A stretch of DNA of 64,000 nucleotides. Origin: Chloropicon primus. Its lineage: Eukaryota. The first letter of the stretch is position 1. Each line of letters opens with the position of its first letter. Positions 29,514 to 40,461 of this stretch are shown piece after piece. The position numbers and the translations under genes are program-made. The notes under the pieces are model-generated. The model was not told the DNA's origin. It searched no databases and worked only from the letters and a program-made list of their open reading frames with translations. The DNA is taken from NCBI GenBank assembly GCA_023205875.1, contig CP060754.1, positions 1,302,001 through 1,366,000 on the forward strand, written 5' to 3'.

Positions 29514-31807
29514 GGAGAGAGAGAGAACGGATAACGCCTCGCGGGGGTTTGTCGGCGCATGACGGGGAGAGGGTAGGTGCTTGTCGAGGACTTTGTGCGC
29601 GAACGGTGACGGGGAAAGGGAGGAGGTGTGGAAAGAACGCAAGGGCGTCTCAAGGGCTTTCGATTGATACCTCAGCTGAAGGTTTTCACGAAAAAGAGGA
29701 GTGGTCCTCCCTTTGAGACGACAGGCGTTAGAGAAGGCTGCCTCGAAGTTTGTTTTGCGAGTTGTTGGCTCGGTTCGTGAAGAGGAAGAGGAAGGCAAGT
29801 CTTCGTCGAGCTGTGCAGTGTTTTGCGGTGCTTTGTTTCATCATGAGGCGTCCCACGAGACAGAGACGCTGGACACGCACCAGGTCGACGGCGGCGATGA
29901 TCGCGGCGGCGAGGGCCGTCGCCGGTGGTGATGACGACAAGGGAGGGTTGTCCCCAGGTGCCATGGACATGGACGTGGACGGAGAGTGTGTGCAGAGCTT
30001 CATGACGGACTCCACCACCATCATCGAAGAGGAGAGCGACAGTGAGGACATGGACATGGACGGAGAGTGTTTGGGGAGCTTCGTGACGGGCTCTACGACG
30101 ATCATCGAAGAGGAGAGCGACAGTGAGGAGGATAGTGGTGGTGCGGATTCGTCCTGCCAACCTGAGACAGCGCAGGTGACTATGATGGGAGGCAACGCAC
30201 GTCCTTTCAGGACTCGCAATGGAAAGAGAACTCTTGTGGCTGCCGTCTATCTCGTTCTTCAAGATGCGGGAGGGAGCGTGCGCGCCAAAGAGATCCATGC
30301 ACGGATCCAGGCCAAGAAGTTGTATGTGTTCAGGCGGAGAGATGGCTCTGTTCATACTGATCCGAAGAGTATGCGGAAAACTGTCAGGTCTGCTTGTTCA
30401 AGGAGCCCCTTCTTTGTTCGCACTGCCTTGGGAAGATATGCCATTGCCAAGAAATACTTGAATGGGTCCAATACTCAAGGTGCGCCTGGCACCTCACCGC
30501 TTCGGGATGCCATCTATCGCGTTCTTCAAGATGCGGGAGGGAGCTTGCGCGCCAAAGAGATCCTTGGCCGGATCCGGGCCAAGAAGTTGTATGTGTTCAG
30601 GCGGAGAGATGGCTCTGTTCATACTGATCTGCAGAGAATGCGGAAAGCTGTCAATTGGGCTTGTATAGCGAGCCCCTTCTTCGTTCGCACTGCATACGGA
30701 AGATATGCCATTGCCAAGGAATCCTTGAATGGGTCCAATACTCAAGGTGCTGTCAGGCCCTCACCGCTTCGGGATGCCATCTACCGCGTTCTTCAAGATG
30801 CGAGAGGGAGCTTGCACTACGAAGAGATCTTTGGTCGGATCCGGGCGAAGAAGCTACATGTGTTTAGGCGAAAAGATGGTTCTGTTTCTACTGATCTGAA
30901 GAGAATGAGGGATACTGTCATCTCTGTTTGTTCACACAGCCCCCGCTTTGTTCGCACTGAACGCGGAACTTATGCCATTGCCAAGAAATACTTGAATGGG
31001 TCCAATACTCAAGATGCTGTCAGCACCTCACCGCTTCGGGATGCCATCTATCGCGTTCTTCAAGATGCGGGAGGGAGCTTGCACTACAGAGAGATCCAGG
31101 CCAAGGTCCAGGCCAAGAAGTTGTATGTGTTCAAGCGGAGAGATGGTTCTCTTTCTACTGATCTGAAGAGAATGAGGGATACTGTCATCTCTGTTTGTTC
31201 ACACAGCCCCCGCTTTGTTCGCACTGCACGTGGAACTTATGCCATTGCCAAGAAATACTTGAATCGATCAACCGCCGACAACCTCAATGAGCAGAATTCC
31301 AACGCCGCCAACAACAACAACAACATGAAGACGACGAGATCTCCTTCTCCTTCTCCCTATGCTTTGGATTTGAGAGAGGCTCTCGAGTCCGGCCTGATGA
31401 CGGAGGAGGAATACGCCAGCGCAGTGCAGGAGGCCCAGCGTTATGACAGCAAGTCCCCGGAGAAGAAGAGAGAGATCGCGGACTACAACGAGGCGTTGAG
31501 GATCATCTTTGCGGACGCATCTCTTAAGCTGAGCGACAAGGAACAATGCATTGTGAAGAGAGAGTACCTGGAAGAGGTCGGGCTCTGCAATCCTCGTCGT
31601 TCGTCGAAGAGAAGACCAAGCAAGGCGGTCCCTTCCATTGTCAAGGTCAAGCAGGAAGAGTGAGGAGGGAGATTACCGTGAGAGCAAAACAAGCCGTAGG
31701 AGACTAGATATAAGCAAGCTGTAGATACAAATATCACTCTGTGCCATCATGGCCTTTTCTCCTCCTCCTCATCGCCACCGACGACACGAGACCGCCGCCG
31801 CGTACGT
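29514..31807 (+). repeat. Duplicated cassette, copy A (inverted copy at 53558-55497)
   Basis: Shared sequence runs from ggagagagagagaacggataacgcc to accgccgccgcgtacgt, covering upstream region, ORF and 3' flank. Confidence 0.92.
29843..31663 (+). CDS. Protein with four tandem 89-aa HARE-HTH-like (winged-helix) repeats
   Basis: Unit LRDAIYRVLQDAGGSLxxxEIxxxIxAKKLY...D..xMxxxVxxxC..SPxFVRTxxGxYAIAK at a 267-bp period; fits the HARE-HTH (ASXL/RpoE/Mrr N-terminal) pattern; acidic N-terminus; start uncertain. Confidence 0.75.
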   Translation: MRRPTRQRRWTRTRSTAAMIAAARAVAGGDDDKGGLSPGAMDMDVDGECVQSFMTDSTTIIEEESDSEDMDMDGECLGSFVTGSTTIIEEESDSEEDSGGADSSCQPETAQVTMMGGNARPFRTRNGKRTLVAAVYLVLQDAGGSVRAKEIHARIQAKKLYVFRRRDGSVHTDPKSMRKTVRSACSRSPFFVRTALGRYAIAKKYLNGSNTQGAPGTSPLRDAIYRVLQDAGGSLRAKEILGRIRAKKLYVFRRRDGSVHTDLQRMRKAVNWACIASPFFVRTAYGRYAIAKESLNGSNTQGAVRPSPLRDAIYRVLQDARGSLHYEEIFGRIRAKKLHVFRRKDGSVSTDLKRMRDTVISVCSHSPRFVRTERGTYAIAKKYLNGSNTQDAVSTSPLRDAIYRVLQDAGGSLHYREIQAKVQAKKLYVFKRRDGSLSTDLKRMRDTVISVCSHSPRFVRTARGTYAIAKKYLNRSTADNLNEQNSNAANNNNNMKTTRSPSPSPYALDLREALESGLMTEEEYASAVQEAQRYDSKSPEKKREIADYNEALRIIFADASLKLSDKEQCIVKREYLEEVGLCNPRRSSKRRPSKAVPSIVKVKQEE

Positions 31808-32284
31808 TCCATACAGGCAGCGCGGGTCCAACTCCTTTCTTGATCAATGGAGAGCAAGCAAGGCCTTCCTTTTATACTGCTCTCCCTTCCCTCTTGCTCT
31901 CGTCGTCCCCTTCTGCATCATCACTCCTCTCAATCCATTCGTCCTCCCTGTCTCGCAGCAGTCGCCTCCTGCCTGCATGCAGAGGGAGGAGAAACTCAAC
32001 CAAACCAGCCCAGCAGAGAGAAAGCGAAAGAATCATGGGATCCAGAGATTGATTGCTGTATACAATAGTTTTATTACTTAGCTCGGGGGAGGAGGCATAC
32101 TTAGCTGAACTCATAATATGGTCACTCCAAGCCTCGCTTCCCTCACCTCTTCTTGTCCGCTCTCCCAAGGCAAAGGAAAGACAGAATAAAAATACGAGTA
32201 TCCCATACAATCCCAAACCCGATTCGATTGCGTGTGCTCGCACCCGATCGAGGAACCCAAGCGATCCCCGCCAACCGTTGGAGC

Positions 32285-33607
32285 TCATTCGCCGTCGCCC
32301 TTGTCTTCCCTCAGAATATCCACCAGCTCAATTTGGATTTCCACAGGCTTGGTCCCCCCGTTCTCGACCCTGCTCGTTTCCCGGTCCCGGAACTCCGTCG
32401 AAACCTTGTCTCTCAGGGGGTGATCCTGGGGCAAGGGAGCCTTCACGCCCACCCTGCCGTCAAAACTCGTTTGCATCGGGTCGATCTTTTGCTCCTTGAG
32501 GCTGGACGCAGTTTCCACCAAACCAACCAGATTCATTCTCGAGTCTGACCTCTTGCTCTTTCGATCGGATGACCGCTTCCTTCCCCCCTTCCCCATCCCG
32601 CTCTCCACGCCGCCCATCCAGCGGGACACGATAACCGAGTCGATGAGGATCTGCACCAGGTGGCTCACCACGCAGGGCACGACCAGGAGGCCATGATACC
32701 CCTCGTAGGGCTCGGGCAAGAAGTTGATCACGGTCACGGCAATGGGAAGCGTCTTCTGGCTCGTGCACAGCAACAGAGCCCTGTACTCCGGTTGCTCCAC
32801 TCGGAGGAGGCTCACGCTGATGAAGTTGAAGACCAGAAACGCGATGTGAATGCCTATTCCCCCGGCGACCAGCAAGAGCAGGTCCCCGGCGCTCTGATCA
32901 ATCACCTCCGGCTGGGCTTTGCTCAAGGTCTGCCACACGATGAGGACGAGGCACAGCGAGTTGGCCATCGAAAACTTTTGCTTCTTCTCCTTGGCAAACT
33001 TCCCAAGCGCTTGGTGCGAGTGGCGCAAGAGCTTGCCCAGGATGAGGGGCGCCAGAATCGTGATCGCAAGCTTGATGAGAAGGGACAGGGCATCAAAGTC
33101 GAAGTCTTCCTCGGAGTCCAAGACCAACTTGACAGCGAAAGGAACCGTTAAAATCCCCAGCAAGTTTGTCCCCACCGTAAGCAAAAGTGCCAAGGCAGCA
33201 TTGCCTCCTCCCTGGGTCACCAGCGCCACCCCAGACGACAGCGTTGTCGGCACCGCACAGAACACGGAGAGGCCGCTCGCAAAGGCCTTTGGCTTGAACG
33301 GTAGCTTCATGATTCCGAATCCCAAGGTTGGCGTGATGAGCAAGATGGCCACGAAGCCGTACCCCACGGCAACGTAGTTCTTCGCCGCCTTCATGATGTC
33401 ATCCGTCTTCAAGGTGAAGCCGGACGAAAGGAAGATGAGGAAAATCAAGCAGCTCGAGACTAACTTGTAGTCGTTCCCATTCCCCTCGACCATGTGCTTT
33501 TGAACCTCCCTCCCTGGTGGTGGGTACACCATGGCGACCGTCGCCGCAGTGACGAGGCCGAGGGGCAGGAAGTTCTTCTTCAAGAAAGGCCAGACTTTGC
33601 TGGACAT
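32285..33607 (-). CDS. Bile acid:sodium symporter family transporter (BASS4/SLC10A7-like)
   Basis: NFLPLGL, IFLSSGFTL, PTTLSSGVAL, GNAALALLLTV.TNLLGI, SQKTLP, PCVVSHLVQI.IDS. Confidence 0.9.
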   Translation of the reverse strand: MSSKVWPFLKKNFLPLGLVTAATVAMVYPPPGREVQKHMVEGNGNDYKLVSSCLIFLIFLSSGFTLKTDDIMKAAKNYVAVGYGFVAILLITPTLGFGIMKLPFKPKAFASGLSVFCAVPTTLSSGVALVTQGGGNAALALLLTVGTNLLGILTVPFAVKLVLDSEEDFDFDALSLLIKLAITILAPLILGKLLRHSHQALGKFAKEKKQKFSMANSLCLVLIVWQTLSKAQPEVIDQSAGDLLLLVAGGIGIHIAFLVFNFISVSLLRVEQPEYRALLLCTSQKTLPIAVTVINFLPEPYEGYHGLLVVPCVVSHLVQILIDSVIVSRWMGGVESGMGKGGRKRSSDRKSKRSDSRMNLVGLVETASSLKEQKIDPMQTSFDGRVGVKAPLPQDHPLRDKVSTEFRDRETSRVENGGTKPVEIQIELVDILREDKGDGE

Positions 33608-33999
33608 GACGGCCCTTGGCAAGTCGGCTGTCCTTCCTTGCCTCGGTTCTCTTTGCTTCTGTATGCTCCTCCGAGTATTCGCTCAAAGCGAGAGAATATT
33701 ATGGGAATTGAGACTTTGTTGTCATAATATTCTTCCAGCTAAAGTACTGCAAGCTCTGAGGTCCCCGTGGCGCTAGCAGGGACGATGCTCGACTTCATTC
33801 CTTGGCCGCTTCCTGTCCAATGACCTCCCGAGTCCTTCACGACGTTATACCTGCGACCAACTTTACGACGATGGACCCTTGGAATCCTTCCGAGATCCAC
33901 AAGCTGCTGCTCTGGCTCGAGAGGGGGGGGCGTTTCAGGTCGAAAACCGACGTTTGGGACGGAGGAGGAGGAGGTGGTGATTAGTGATCACTGATTACG

Positions 34000-36603
34000 T
34001 TACATGACAACCAAGAGAGGGAGGCCTCCCCAGTGTTGAATCCAGTTATAGCTGCCTAGCTTGAAGGAGCATCCGAGAACTCTCGCTGCGCACGGGCCTT
34101 CTCCGTGTCTTGTTGGCGTGAAGGTCAAGACGCTTTCCGCTTTCCCTTTTGCGCCAATTTGGATCCTAGACGCGAAGGTGATGGTCACGCCTTCCCCCCG
34201 CTCCTTGTGCACCAGCAGCTCGCACAGCACGTCGAGCTCGGCAGGGAAAGGGTTTTTCAGAGCGACGCCCACCTGGACCGTTTGCCCACTTTTCATGGTG
34301 TACTCCTGGCACGCGCCGGCCTCCTCGCCAACCGTGGGTGCGGGTTCGTACAGGAACACCTGCCTCTTCCTCGAGGCCTGAACAACTTTGGAAGGGGTGA
34401 ATTTCCCCGCGTCAAGAACAATGGTTACGCTGGTGAGCAAGCTCAAGAAGTACTTCCGCTCTTGGTGGACAGATGCGTTGCTGCCCGCGCTGCGGATCAC
34501 CCGCAGCAACCAATCGAGAGTCTTGTGATCCAAGTCGTCCTCACCTCCGTGGATCGCGTGGCTCCACAGGTAGAGGAAGTAAAAGGCTGCTTTGGCGGCA
34601 AGAAGCCCCTTTCCTTGGGACAAGGCATTTGTGATGATGCTGAACTGGACGGTTTGGACAACCTTTGGCCAAGTGGAATGCTGACCCCTCGACTTGTTCA
34701 ACTCCGCGATGTTTCTTGAATACAAGTCGAGCAACCCCCATTTCTTGAGCAGCTTCCAGTTGCAATGGTTCCGAAAGTCGTTCTCAAGCCCGTACAGGTG
34801 TCCTGCGCTCACTGTGAGATGCAAGGTGAGCTCCTTGTGCCTGTCTGGAAACGAAGAGGCCGCGAGGAGCATGTACTGCCCGACCTTTTTCTTCTTGCTG
34901 CAAAGGGCGTAAATCTTTGCGACGTCCAGGAGGCAGCACGCCACGGATTCCTGGTTTGAAACAAGCTGCATGTTGGGCAAGGAGTCAACAACGCTCTCGA
35001 TGTACTTTTCGATCTGGATTTGAGTCATGTAACTGAAGTAAGACCAAGGCTCGCACCAAGCCTTGAGCTGGCTCCCGAAGTGGGCAGTCTTCAAAAGCAG
35101 ACTCGCTCTCAGAGTGGGCAAGCTCTTGTACAGATTTGCGGCCTGGTCGCATGCCTGCCGCACAGAAAGCCACAGCTGCTCGAGTTTCTTTGATGCAACT
35201 GGCTCGACCATCTCATTGTCCCTGAAAAATGCGCACACGTCTACCGCACACGTGCCCTCGAGGGCGGAGGCGTGCCAAAGGATGTCGCCGCACTCTTTGG
35301 TCACATCCAGCGCAGCTGCGTAGTGCACCAAGGCGTCGTCCGGGCTCCGCACGCACAAGCAGTAGTCCCCCAACTCTTTCTTCAGCCTTCCGACGTGAGA
35401 GAACTTCATGTGCGCGATCCTGTCGTGAGCGTCTATGGCCGACGACCCAAGATCTGACGACCGCAACAAGTCAAGCGGCGTGGTCAGCGCCAGCGATGCA
35501 GGGGACGCCTTCGATATCCAATGCTCCATGGCAACGAGGAGAGATGCGCCGACCCTGTGCATGGTCGAATCCATGGAGCACCTCGCCTGAAAGTAGCACG
35601 TGGAAGGAGACGCCGCCGGGGCAGAGGACAGCTCGCCCAGCGCCTGGTGGTACCTGGTGAAGAGTGTCACGCCAACCTCTTCCCCGCTCGTGTCCCCTTC
35701 GAGGAGCGTGAGAATGTCCACGGATTCGTCCACCCTTATGATGAAGTAAACCAGCGCAGGAAAAGCCACGCACATCTCTGCGAAAAGGATCTGCAAGCTC
35801 TCGCTCGTCACTTCGCCCTCCCCTCCCCCTTCTTCGTCTTCGGGTGGACTCACGATGACCCCGATCGAAACAAGAGGCTGCATGTACAGCCTCAGGCACT
35901 CCCATTGCTTGCTCACGGAGGCGGACGAGTCGTCCTCGACCCCCGGGCGCCTCCGGGATGAGCTGGTGACCTCACCGCCCGGCCCCGTGAAGAACCGCAG
36001 TTGATTGCCGTGCAGGTACCGAAAGTGCAAGTGAGAGTTCTCCGAGGTCCAATCCAGGTTGGAAAGGGGGTCCTCGTCGGGAATTCTCTGCGTTTGACCC
36101 CCTGAACCTTTGAAGCTCGAGTAAAATGGATAGATGTCACGAAGCGCGACCAGGGTACGCCTCTCCACCCTCAGAGCAGTGGCCTTCATCCTGGCATCCT
36201 GAGTTTCCGACAAGGGGTCGCCGCCGCGGGGGCCCTCCCTCCTCAGCACCAAAGGGCAGATGTTGGCCTTGATCGTGCTCGCGTCGGAAAAGTTGGAGCC
36301 GTACTCGTAGGGCGGGTGGTAGATGCTCTCTTCCCCCTCCGCAGCGCCGGCATCCGGGAGCAAGGCCTCGTCCGCGCTCCTCGACTTTTTGTGGTTTCGC
36401 CTCGCGCCTTTCAGGGTGATTCCCATCGCAGGAAGCTTCGCTATTGCATCGTCCAGGTCGTTGGTGTTGAAGTGCGCTGTGTCTTCCGGCTGCTCCACCG
36501 AGCCCACGCTCGAAGACTCCCGCAGCCTCATCCTGGACGAGAGAGTCCCTTCGTCGCCCCCCCCACCATCCCTGCTCCCGCTTCGAAACACGGTCCACGA
36601 CAT
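34000..36603 (-). CDS. TRAPP II subunit TRS120/TRAPPC9-like
   Basis: GRLKKELGDYCL....PDDA..HY..A......GD.LW.ASALEG; FLYEP; V.V.LKNPF Ig-like domain start. Confidence 0.8.
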   Translation of the reverse strand: MSWTVFRSGSRDGGGGDEGTLSSRMRLRESSSVGSVEQPEDTAHFNTNDLDDAIAKLPAMGITLKGARRNHKKSRSADEALLPDAGAAEGEESIYHPPYEYGSNFSDASTIKANICPLVLRREGPRGGDPLSETQDARMKATALRVERRTLVALRDIYPFYSSFKGSGGQTQRIPDEDPLSNLDWTSENSHLHFRYLHGNQLRFFTGPGGEVTSSSRRRPGVEDDSSASVSKQWECLRLYMQPLVSIGVIVSPPEDEEGGGEGEVTSESLQILFAEMCVAFPALVYFIIRVDESVDILTLLEGDTSGEEVGVTLFTRYHQALGELSSAPAASPSTCYFQARCSMDSTMHRVGASLLVAMEHWISKASPASLALTTPLDLLRSSDLGSSAIDAHDRIAHMKFSHVGRLKKELGDYCLCVRSPDDALVHYAAALDVTKECGDILWHASALEGTCAVDVCAFFRDNEMVEPVASKKLEQLWLSVRQACDQAANLYKSLPTLRASLLLKTAHFGSQLKAWCEPWSYFSYMTQIQIEKYIESVVDSLPNMQLVSNQESVACCLLDVAKIYALCSKKKKVGQYMLLAASSFPDRHKELTLHLTVSAGHLYGLENDFRNHCNWKLLKKWGLLDLYSRNIAELNKSRGQHSTWPKVVQTVQFSIITNALSQGKGLLAAKAAFYFLYLWSHAIHGGEDDLDHKTLDWLLRVIRSAGSNASVHQERKYFLSLLTSVTIVLDAGKFTPSKVVQASRKRQVFLYEPAPTVGEEAGACQEYTMKSGQTVQVGVALKNPFPAELDVLCELLVHKERGEGVTITFASRIQIGAKGKAESVLTFTPTRHGEGPCAARVLGCSFKLGSYNWIQHWGGLPLLVVM

Positions 36604-36805
36604 GCCACCTTCCCTCTCTCAAACCCAGGCAAGCGAGGGACCAATCGAAAGCCCTTGAAACGAACTATTCCCCGCCACCCTCTCCCTCTCCCGCCTCCCC
36701 CTCCTCCCAAGTTGAAGAACCTGCCGCCTCCTCCGCTGGCTCCGTCGGTTACAGTTTGGGCGCCATCCTGGCTGCCTCCTCAAAAAGTGGAGCTGGTCTC
36801 TCGCC

Positions 36806-38536
36806 ATGGCGGACGAGAAGGTGGCAGCGCTTCTGCGGATGGACACGGACTCCGACGAGGAGGAGGAGAATGCTTCGGAGGGACGGGACGATGGCGGCGG
36901 CATCGATGCTGTTACGGCGGACCGCCTCGTCGTTCTGCGGGATCACCTCAAAAGGTATCCTCAATCGTACGAGGGTCATGCGGAGTACGTCGAGCTCCTG
37001 AGGGGAGCGAGGAGGGGGCTGACTGGCGAGGGTGGGGAGGCCGAGGAGGTGTGGAGGCTTTTGTCCAGCGCTAGGGAGAGTTTTGCCGAGGAGTTCCCCC
37101 TCAACGAGACTCTGTGGCTCGAATGGGCCAAGGACTGCGTCGAGCACGGCGACGGCTTGGAGGTGGCTGCTGGGCTGCTGGAGAGAGCGGTGGCCGACTA
37201 CCCGACGCCAGCGGTGTGGAAGGAGCGCCTGGTGACGGAGCGTGGGGCAGGGAGGGGGGAAGAGGAAGTTCGACGCCTTGCGGAGGAAGCGGTCTTGTCT
37301 TGCGGCTTGCACGTGGCCGAGGGTGCCACCTTGTGGGAAGAGTACGCCCAGTTCGAGGAGGGCAACCTCAAGGCCAGGGAGGTCGAAGGGAGCAGGGGTG
37401 AGGCGGGGGAGCAGAGGGAGAGGGTTAGGAAGGTGTACAAGCGGTGTCTGGGCACGCCCCTTCAGAACTTGGACAAGCTGCACGAGAGGTATCGCGCCTT
37501 CGAGGGCTTGGAGGCAAAGGATCCGTCGCCTTTGGCCGACGCGGTCGAAGCCTCCGTCAAGGAGTTGGAGGCCCGGGCGATCTACGAGAGGGGCTTGGCC
37601 TCCCCGGGCCAATCCGACGAGGACGCGATGCTCACATTCCAAAAGTACTTGAGGTACGAGAACAAGTACGGTAGCCCGACCAGAGTCCTTTCTGTCTTTC
37701 AGAGGCTGGTGTGCAGGTTCCCGTGCTCCGACACGTGCTGGGATGCCTTTGGCAAGTACGTGGAAGGGACCCTGAAGAGCGGGAAGGAGGCGGGCCAAGT
37801 GTACCGCAGGGCTGCGAGGAACTGTCACTGGACCCCCCAATTCTGGATAAGCGCCCTGGTTTGGTCGGAAGGCCCCGACCGAGAGGACCTGATCCGCGAC
37901 ATGGCGAGGAGGTTCAAGGCCCCCTCCAGCGGCGCGGGAGAGAGCATCACACTGTGCGTCGCCAAAGCTCCAGAGGGCGGCGGAGCGGCGGCGACTGGCG
38001 CGCACCAGGAGAAACCCGCGGCCCGGAAGGCAGCAGGGAAGAAGAAGAAGCGGGAAGCGAAGAAGGCGGGCGCCAAAACGACGACGACGGCCGCGGACGA
38101 ACCCGGCACGGCGAAATCGAAATCGGAATCGGGCGCCGAAGCTGGCGGGAAGCGGGTGTTTCTGGATCAGTGCACCCTCTTCGTCAAGAACCTTCCCCAC
38201 GACGTCTCGGAAGGGGGTCTCACCAGCCTTCTCGGGGGGGGCGAGATCGTCCAGGAGTGCCGACTCGTTCTCGACAGATACACCGGAAAGCCCAAAGGAT
38301 TCGCGTACGTGGACTGCAAGAGCGAGGAGTGCTTGCAGAAGGCTCTGGAGAAGGACGGCGCAGACTTTTCGGGGAGGAAAATTTTCGTGGCCCGGTCCAA
38401 GCCCACGAAGAAGAGGCCAAGAGGGGAAGCGACTGCTGGGGGGAATTCAAATGCTCCTGCCAAGGCTCATCCAAAACGGTCATCGAATCCTCTCCCCCTC
38501 ATGCCTCGGAAAGTGAAACTCAGACTCCAGATGTAG
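36806..38536 (+). CDS. SART3/Prp24-like HAT-repeat + RRM protein
   Basis: HAT-like helices (FPLNETLWLEW, ERAVADY, GLHVAEG..LWEEY, RAARNC.W), RRM LFVKNLP...KGFAYVD. Confidence 0.85.
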   Translation: MADEKVAALLRMDTDSDEEEENASEGRDDGGGIDAVTADRLVVLRDHLKRYPQSYEGHAEYVELLRGARRGLTGEGGEAEEVWRLLSSARESFAEEFPLNETLWLEWAKDCVEHGDGLEVAAGLLERAVADYPTPAVWKERLVTERGAGRGEEEVRRLAEEAVLSCGLHVAEGATLWEEYAQFEEGNLKAREVEGSRGEAGEQRERVRKVYKRCLGTPLQNLDKLHERYRAFEGLEAKDPSPLADAVEASVKELEARAIYERGLASPGQSDEDAMLTFQKYLRYENKYGSPTRVLSVFQRLVCRFPCSDTCWDAFGKYVEGTLKSGKEAGQVYRRAARNCHWTPQFWISALVWSEGPDREDLIRDMARRFKAPSSGAGESITLCVAKAPEGGGAAATGAHQEKPAARKAAGKKKKREAKKAGAKTTTTAADEPGTAKSKSESGAEAGGKRVFLDQCTLFVKNLPHDVSEGGLTSLLGGGEIVQECRLVLDRYTGKPKGFAYVDCKSEECLQKALEKDGADFSGRKIFVARSKPTKKRPRGEATAGGNSNAPAKAHPKRSSNPLPLMPRKVKLRLQM

Positions 38537-38799
38537 ACAATAAAACCACAAAGCCGGGGGTGGACACTCCTCCATTGTCAATCCAAGACCTTCCCCCGAT
38601 GACATGACATGTCTCTCCCCCCCCCTCTCTCTCTCTCCCAGACTGAGGAGATCATTTGTCCTCCCCCTCGAGCTTATCCCCCGGCCGGGCCGGGTAAAAG
38701 TGGGGCGGACCCCTGTCGGAGAGTGGGGCCGAAAGGTGCGGGCGGAGGGAACCAATGGCAGGACGCGGTGGAGGACATCTCGGCGACATGGGGGGGACA

Positions 38800-40461
38800 A
38801 TGTCCTGCCGTGCGAAGATATCCATCGCCGTGGTGGAGTTCGACCTTACCGTGGGTCAGGTCTGCCGTTGTCTTGTGCCCGAGGACGCTCTGGACGACAA
38901 GGAGAAGAAGGACCTCGCGTACCACGCGTTTCCGGACTCGAAGAGCGTGGAGCTTACTCTGAGCTCTGGGAACAACTCCATTCACGACACGCTCTTTCAC
39001 TTTCGGATAAAGAACCGCAGGGAGGCAGGGGAATGGCGCTACGCTTACGCTTTCTGCAGGCAGAGGCACGACCCGAGCTTGCCCAGGGGAGGGGACCAGA
39101 TAAGCGTGGTGGTGGTGTCGAACACGCCAATGGCGACGACCCTGATGCAGATCACCAAATTCGCGGGAGAGGTTTACTTCGCCAAGGGCCAGGAGGCTCT
39201 GGCACAAGTGGTTGACTCCGTGGACGCCTGGGGCCGGGACGAGGAGGAGGGAGGGGTGGTGGAATGCGAGCTGGAGGTCCCCGGGGAGGGGGAGGGGGAG
39301 GGCGAGGAGAACGGCAACGGCAGGCAGGCCAGCGCGGCTTGGAAGCACATGAGTAGCAGCAGGGGCGGGAAGCAGCTCACGGTGAGGGCGGACGAGTTCG
39401 TGGCGCCGATCATCTTTCCGGAGAGGAGGGCTTCCACCCTGGACGCAAAGGAGGGGCAGGAGGAGAGCCAGACCGACGCGCAGACGAGAATGAGCTTCAG
39501 CAAGGTCTGTACGTACTCCTGCCTGTCTGGGGTCGTGAAGCACTTGTGGCGGATATGGGAGGCCATGCTTCTCGCGGAGCCCTTTGTGATATTCGGAAGC
39601 AACCCAGAGATCGTTTCTTCCTCGGTCTCCGCGTGCATGGATCTCATCTTCCCCCTGCCCTACAGCGCGGACTATAGGCCGTACTTCACGATTCACGACA
39701 GCGAGTTCAACGAGATCCAGAACCCGGAGAACTGCGGTGCGGAGGGAAACCCCACTTTGATTGGGGTGACCAACACGTACTTTCTCAAGGCCTATAGCAG
39801 TTGGCCGAACATTTTGTCCGTGGGGGGCGGGGACGCCGCGGGGGGGCTCGCGTACAATTCCCCCATGTCCTCCCCGAGGTCCCCCAGGCGAGGGAGCCTG
39901 AAGTCCTGGTTCTCCTTCCGGTCCGAGGACAGGAGCAACCTCATCAACGTAGTCGACTCGTACACCCAGGAGTTGTACGCGATGGGCCCAGGCCTGGTGA
40001 AAGAGAGCTACAAGATCCTGGGGTCCCTTGACCTCACCCCGGACGATGCCAGCGAGATGCAGTGGGTCACCTCCGCCACCATCAACACGAAGATACTCAA
40101 GAAACACTTTCAGGAGCTCACGGAGACGTTCCTCGCCCAGATCGATCCTTACGCGAAGGGCTTGTACGACGTCGAAGGGGGGAACGAGGAGATCCTGACG
40201 TGCTTGTCGACTCAAGCGTCATTCCCCCCGGTCCTCACGCAGAGCATGGACAGGACGAAGCTCTTGCAATTGTACGAAAAGGTACGGTGTTATGACTCGC
40301 TTGACGCGTTCGAGGACGTCGAGCCTCTCACGCAGACAAATACACTGACGACTACATCGATCGATCGACTCCTTTCTTGGTTTGTGTGTGTGTTTGTGTG
40401 CCCTTTCCAGTTTCTGAATTCGCCCAACTGCGATCCCTGGTTCAAGAGCCGCTCATTGTAA
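38800..40461 (+). CDS. DENND6/FAM116-like DENN-domain Rab GEF; probable in-frame intron 40282-40410
   Basis: VEFDL.VGQ, AFPDS, FHFRI, FCRQ..D..L.RG..Q.SVVV, LWRIWE.MLL.EP, DYRPYFTIHDS.F, IGVTN.YF. Confidence 0.88.
   Translation: MSCRAKISIAVVEFDLTVGQVCRCLVPEDALDDKEKKDLAYHAFPDSKSVELTLSSGNNSIHDTLFHFRIKNRREAGEWRYAYAFCRQRHDPSLPRGGDQISVVVVSNTPMATTLMQITKFAGEVYFAKGQEALAQVVDSVDAWGRDEEEGGVVECELEVPGEGEGEGEENGNGRQASAAWKHMSSSRGGKQLTVRADEFVAPIIFPERRASTLDAKEGQEESQTDAQTRMSFSKVCTYSCLSGVVKHLWRIWEAMLLAEPFVIFGSNPEIVSSSVSACMDLIFPLPYSADYRPYFTIHDSEFNEIQNPENCGAEGNPTLIGVTNTYFLKAYSSWPNILSVGGGDAAGGLAYNSPMSSPRSPRRGSLKSWFSFRSEDRSNLINVVDSYTQELYAMGPGLVKESYKILGSLDLTPDDASEMQWVTSATINTKILKKHFQELTETFLAQIDPYAKGLYDVEGGNEEILTCLSTQASFPPVLTQSMDRTKLLQLYEKVRCYDSLDAFEDVEPLTQTNTLTTTSIDRLLSWFVCVFVCPFQFLNSPNCDPWFKSRSL

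Noticed and set aside
29514..31807. Classifying the duplicated cassette as a known transposon (TIR, LTR, LINE or Helitron)
   Set aside because: No terminal repeats, target-site duplication, poly(A) tail, CTRR end or catalytic transposase/RT motifs were seen; kept only as a duplicated cassette
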